Origin: a virus
Reading direction: 5' to 3' (one strand)
DNA: 64,000 nt
Virus record (IMG/VR): IMGVR_UViG_3300045988_161114
Span: 96,001-160,000 of that record
In this document: positions 60,578 through 64,000 of the stretch, piece by piece
How positions within the stretch are numbered: the stretch's first letter is position 1
Layout: each line of letters starts with the position of its first letter
Program-made: the position numbers and the translations under genes
Notes under the pieces: generated by a model
The model's input: only the letters and a program-made list of their open reading frames with translations
Database searches by the model: none
Told to the model about the DNA's origin: nothing

Positions 60578-62053
60578 ATGAAAAAGACTTTTATTGCATT
60601 TGCTTTAGCCGCATTTATTACTCCTGCATTTGCTGTAAATACTACTTATGGTAGTGATCAAAATGTAGACGGTAATTATAATGTAACTACTGGTCAGAAA
60701 TTGATTGTTGCTGGTCAAGGCAATACAGTAACCGGAGTAGATATTATTACTGCCGGTGATTCTAATGTAGTATCCGGTATTCATAATATTGTTGATGGTA
60801 AAATCAATGTCGTATCTGGTCATAATGCTGCTGCAAAAGGCAACATGTCTGTAGCAATCGGTCAACGCGCTGAAGCTTACAATAGCATGGTTACTGCCGT
60901 AGGTTCTGACACTAAAGGTCTTGGTGAATCATCTGTAGCTCTTGGTAAGGGTGCTACAACTGGTGAAGAAGCTAAAGCTTCTACTGCAGTAGGTCCACAT
61001 GCTACTGCTATGTCTCCTTCTGCATTTGCTGGTGCTTTACATGCTTATGCTGGTGGTGCACAATCTGTAGCATTGGGTCAAAGCAGCCAATCTATGGGTG
61101 AAAAATCTACTGCCATTGGTTCTGGTGCACAAGCTTTGGAACGCTTCTCTACTGCTGTAGGTGGCAATGCTGTTGCTACCAATCAACATGATGTCGCTTT
61201 GGGTTTCGGTTCCAAAACAACTGGTGCTGTTGGCACTGCTACATCAGAAATTAATGGTGTTAAATATGGCACTTATGCCGGTCATCGCCCTACAAGCGAA
61301 TTAAGTGTTGGTAGTGAAGGCTGGGAACGCAATGTAACCAATGTTGCAGCCGGTCGTATTACTAAAACCTCTACCGATGCCGTTAATGGCAGTCAGCTTT
61401 TCGCCGTTGCTAATCAAGTTGGTGAAAATACCAAAGGTGTTGAAGCCAATAAGAAAGCAATTGCCGAATTGGGTGATGTTGTAGCTATTAATGCCGGCAA
61501 TATTGAAGCCAATACTCAACAAATCACTACTTTGAACCATACTGTTCAACAGCAAAACACTTGGAACGAAGCTCAAGATGGTCAAATCAATGAGCTGCAT
61601 GGCAATGTTGGTGTCAATTCTGAACGTCTGGATAATCTGACTGCTCTGGTTAAAGGTATGGGTGCTAACGAAGCAATCCTGCGTAAAGAAATGCACGATC
61701 TTCGCCGTGAATCTCGTGCCGGCATTGCTGGTGCTAATGCTATTGCTGGCATTCCGCAACCACACGCTCCTGGACAAACTGCATTTGGCGTTGGTGCTGG
61801 TTATTTCAAACACGAAGGTGCAGTAGCTTTGGGCGTTTCCCACATTTCCAACTCTGGTAAGTGGGTCACCAAGGCTGGTGTCAATTTTGACACCCGTAAA
61901 AATGTTGGTGCGACAATTGGTTTGAGTTATGTATTGGGAGGCGTTCCTGTTGTAGCTCCTGCTCCTGTTGTAATTCATAAAACTGAAGTTGTTGAAAAAG
62001 TAATCGTACGTGAAGTAGCGCCGGTTCCTGCACAAGTAAAAGTGCGTCAATAA
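60578..62053 (+). CDS. trimeric autotransporter adhesin, YadA-like (491 aa)
   Basis: Signal peptide MKKTFIAFALAAFITPAFA. Head repeats (SVALG.., STAIGSGA.., STAVGGNA..). Neck ERNVTNVAAGRITKTSTDAVNGSQLFAV. Coiled-coil stalk. Anchor AGIAGANAIAGIPQ...GVGAGYFKHEGAVALGVSH...GATIGLSYVLG. Confidence 0.9.
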   Translation: MKKTFIAFALAAFITPAFAVNTTYGSDQNVDGNYNVTTGQKLIVAGQGNTVTGVDIITAGDSNVVSGIHNIVDGKINVVSGHNAAAKGNMSVAIGQRAEAYNSMVTAVGSDTKGLGESSVALGKGATTGEEAKASTAVGPHATAMSPSAFAGALHAYAGGAQSVALGQSSQSMGEKSTAIGSGAQALERFSTAVGGNAVATNQHDVALGFGSKTTGAVGTATSEINGVKYGTYAGHRPTSELSVGSEGWERNVTNVAAGRITKTSTDAVNGSQLFAVANQVGENTKGVEANKKAIAELGDVVAINAGNIEANTQQITTLNHTVQQQNTWNEAQDGQINELHGNVGVNSERLDNLTALVKGMGANEAILRKEMHDLRRESRAGIAGANAIAGIPQPHAPGQTAFGVGAGYFKHEGAVALGVSHISNSGKWVTKAGVNFDTRKNVGATIGLSYVLGGVPVVAPAPVVIHKTEVVEKVIVREVAPVPAQVKVRQ

Positions 62054-62061
62054 TAAAAATG

Positions 62062-62096
62062 AAAGCCCTAGCTCGACGCTAGGGTTTTTGTTTTTG
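62062..62096 (+). terminator. intrinsic terminator
   Basis: AAAGCCCTAGC tcgac GCTAGGGTTT + TTGTTTTT. Arms nearly identical to the terminator at 28132. Confidence 0.8.
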
Positions 62097-62203
62097 TAGC
62101 TTATTAATATTAAAGGTTTTTGAAAGTCAAAAGCTCTTGATATTAGTTATATTGATTAGAATAATAAACATAGTGTTGAAAGATTATTTTTGAAAGGTAT
62201 TAG

Positions 62204-62431
62204 ATGAGTAAATTAGATGGACTACATCCATTCCTAATTGCAATATCTGTATGGATTTTTGGAATGCTTACCGGATCATGTATCCTCATGGCAATTAATA
62301 AGTACAAAATGGGGATATCAAGAACTTACATCGCAATGGACAATCAATACCGTGCTGGCACTTGTATTGTCGTAGACTCTAATGAGTTAAGATGTAATTT
62401 TGATAAGGAAAGTATATATAAGTCTAATTGA
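62204..62431 (+). CDS. small TM protein (75 aa)
   Basis: GAAAGG RBS. LHPFLIAISVWIFGMLTGSCILMAI. Confidence 0.6.
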   Translation: MSKLDGLHPFLIAISVWIFGMLTGSCILMAINKYKMGISRTYIAMDNQYRAGTCIVVDSNELRCNFDKESIYKSN

Positions 62432-62753
62432 GAATTCTCCATTTGATTTGATTGATTCTAATGTATATAGTATGCATCCACCCCAATTAAAAATGGAAGT
62501 CGGTAATCTTATAGTGGATATATTCCGAGGATTACAAGGAATTGTTTTGACAGATTCTTTATTTATGATTCGGGAATTGTATCTTTTTACTAATGGAACT
62601 GATATTCCTGTCAAGTATATTAACATTTACTTTGATAAAGATAAATGGAATATTGAACAATCAGATTCTATTGAAAATATGAAGCATGTATCTTTGCTTA
62701 ATGAAAGTGAAGTTCAAGATGATAGATATATGAAATGTTATACTTCAATATAA
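62400..62753 (+). CDS. hypothetical protein (start uncertain: TTG 62400 or ATG 62472)
   Basis: Open frame of 117 codons. No clear RBS at either start. Confidence 0.5.
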   Translation: MIRKVYISLIENSPFDLIDSNVYSMHPPQLKMEVGNLIVDIFRGLQGIVLTDSLFMIRELYLFTNGTDIPVKYINIYFDKDKWNIEQSDSIENMKHVSLLNESEVQDDRYMKCYTSI

Positions 62754-62762
62754 GGTGTTAAA

Positions 62763-63032
62763 ATGGTTAGTAAGCTATGGGATGAAGAAGCACGTGAAGC
62801 ATATGAAAAAAAGTTGGAAAAGAAAACAGCTATTATTTTGACACTTTTTATACTTTTTATTATCTTTTCTTTTATAGCATCTTTTATCTGGATTGGTTAT
62901 TCCAAGAAAGAAATGTCAACTCCTATTGTATATACTGCTAAGAATTCTGATGGAACTATTCGTGAATGTGTTTATTTAAGAATTTCTGGAACAATAGAAT
63001 GCGACGGTAAAGTAATTAAGGAATCTAAATGA
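62763..63032 (+). CDS. TM protein (89 aa)
   Basis: TAAGGTG RBS. TAIILTLFILFIIFSFIASFIWIGY. Confidence 0.65.
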   Translation: MVSKLWDEEAREAYEKKLEKKTAIILTLFILFIIFSFIASFIWIGYSKKEMSTPIVYTAKNSDGTIRECVYLRISGTIECDGKVIKESK

Positions 63033-63733
63033 AATTGCCTGAGTATATAAATAAAGATTATCCAACTGAGAGTAACGCTTTATATTGTTTAAAAGAGATA
63101 AAATCCTGCTTGGAAAATAAAAATTCTACTACAAATATTCAAGATTATTTTGATGTAGTGGAAAATTATATCAATCATATTTCTAAGCAAAGACAAGAAA
63201 AGCGGGATTTAGAACTTAAAGAAATTTATTCTGAGGTAGTTAAAGAATATTTTACTGAGCGTACAAAATTAATTAAAAGATTAAAATCTTTTATTAGTAA
63301 AAATTCTTTATCGTCTAAAACCCTTCTTATTGGTAATAATTGGATAAGTATGACATATCCAACTTATTATGAAAATAATAATCTTGGTTATTATGAAAAT
63401 AATTGGGTTAAAAAAGAATTTGTAATACATATTCCTATATATAAGGGCTATATAAATTTTATTATTCCTATGGAAGGTAATCCCTTAGAGCTTAGCAATC
63501 CCTATAGTGTTCCAATTTTAAAAGTTGAAGCCTTTAGAGACGACTTTAAAATACCTTTATTCTCTAAAGAATATAAATGGGCTTTTGCCAGTATGGAATC
63601 TCCTTGGCTTGTATGCAATTCAATTTTGGAAAAAGTTTATGATGCTAAATCGCATCATAAACCATCAGCAGAATTTGAGGCATTAATGTCACAAATTCTT
63701 AAAAGTTATCCTGATACAAGATATCATAAATAG
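63029..63733 (+). CDS. hypothetical protein (234 aa)
   Basis: ATGA overlap with the upstream gene. Confidence 0.7.
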   Translation: MKLPEYINKDYPTESNALYCLKEIKSCLENKNSTTNIQDYFDVVENYINHISKQRQEKRDLELKEIYSEVVKEYFTERTKLIKRLKSFISKNSLSSKTLLIGNNWISMTYPTYYENNNLGYYENNWVKKEFVIHIPIYKGYINFIIPMEGNPLELSNPYSVPILKVEAFRDDFKIPLFSKEYKWAFASMESPWLVCNSILEKVYDAKSHHKPSAEFEALMSQILKSYPDTRYHK

Positions 63734-63748
63734 AATTATTTATCAATT

Positions 63749-63847
63749 ATGAATGATTTTAAAAATGAAGAAATTCCGAGATATGTTGTAATTTTAATAT
63801 TAATATGGATAGGAATTATTTTAAATTCTTGTATAATTAAATTATAA
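63749..63847 (+). CDS. possible 32-aa TM peptide
   Basis: MNDFKNEEIPRYVVILILIWIGIILNSCIIKL. No clear RBS. Confidence 0.25.
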   Translation: MNDFKNEEIPRYVVILILIWIGIILNSCIIKL

Positions 63848-63859
63848 TAGAGGTATGAA

Positions 63860-64000
63860 ATGAAGAAATGTTATTTCGTAAATGATAAAGAATATAGCTG
63901 GATAGAGCTTATAAATCTTGCATCTGATTTAGATGATGATTTTAATAATTCATATATTAAAACTACATCTAAAGCTGCTGAAGTTTTAAGAGAATCTGGT
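63860..64000 (+). CDS. partial CDS (47 codons, continues past window end)
   Basis: AGAGGT RBS + ATG 63860. Open to the end of the window. Confidence 0.55.
   Translation, partial: MKKCYFVNDKEYSWIELINLASDLDDDFNNSYIKTTSKAAEVLRESG

Noticed and set aside
61301-62050. A 249-aa minus-strand ORF lies antisense to the adhesin gene. Similar long antisense ORFs occur at 12309-12770, 51674-52153, 10890-11204 and in several places inside RNAP-A.
   Set aside because: They are fully embedded antisense to genes with strong motif support. They have low-complexity or odd composition and no RBS. They are typical shadow ORFs of GC-richer genes.

Overview
This is an AT-rich 64-kb stretch of a tailed bacteriophage genome. 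It is probably short-tailed (no tape-measure- or sheath-sized gene seen), and the host looks Gram-negative and proteobacterial. Layout: (1) nt 1-26164 is one tightly packed minus-strand packaging/morphogenesis operon. It holds an intein-bearing Zn-ribbon protein, a TnsA-like endonuclease, a DEDDh exonuclease, the large terminase, the portal, a prohead protease/scaffold, an HK97-type major capsid protein and about 10 tail/virion ORFs. (2) 26.2-27.3 kb is a divergent control region with a ~0.65-kb ORF-free, non-AT-rich island and a near-consensus sigma70 promoter. (3) 28.1-30.9 kb is a minus-strand block of membrane, coiled-coil and glycine-zipper proteins. (4) 31.4-64 kb is plus-strand early/auxiliary DNA. 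Its main contents are two paralogous ~1,100-aa single-chain two-barrel RNA polymerase candidates; at least 19 copies of a conserved hairpin + T-tract cassette punctuating nearly every small early gene; and a circularly permuted (two-piece-type) tmRNA gene followed by ~0.7 kb of further ORF-free, hairpin-dense sequence. It also carries a Bfd-like ferredoxin, a SleB-type secreted cell-wall hydrolase, four tandem paralogues, a host-like RNase HI, an HTH-metallophosphoesterase and a YadA-type trimeric autotransporter adhesin. I recognised no integrase, replication or tRNA genes in the window. All calls rest on hand-read motifs and hand-checked coordinates; no searches or folding programs were run, so product names are hypotheses.
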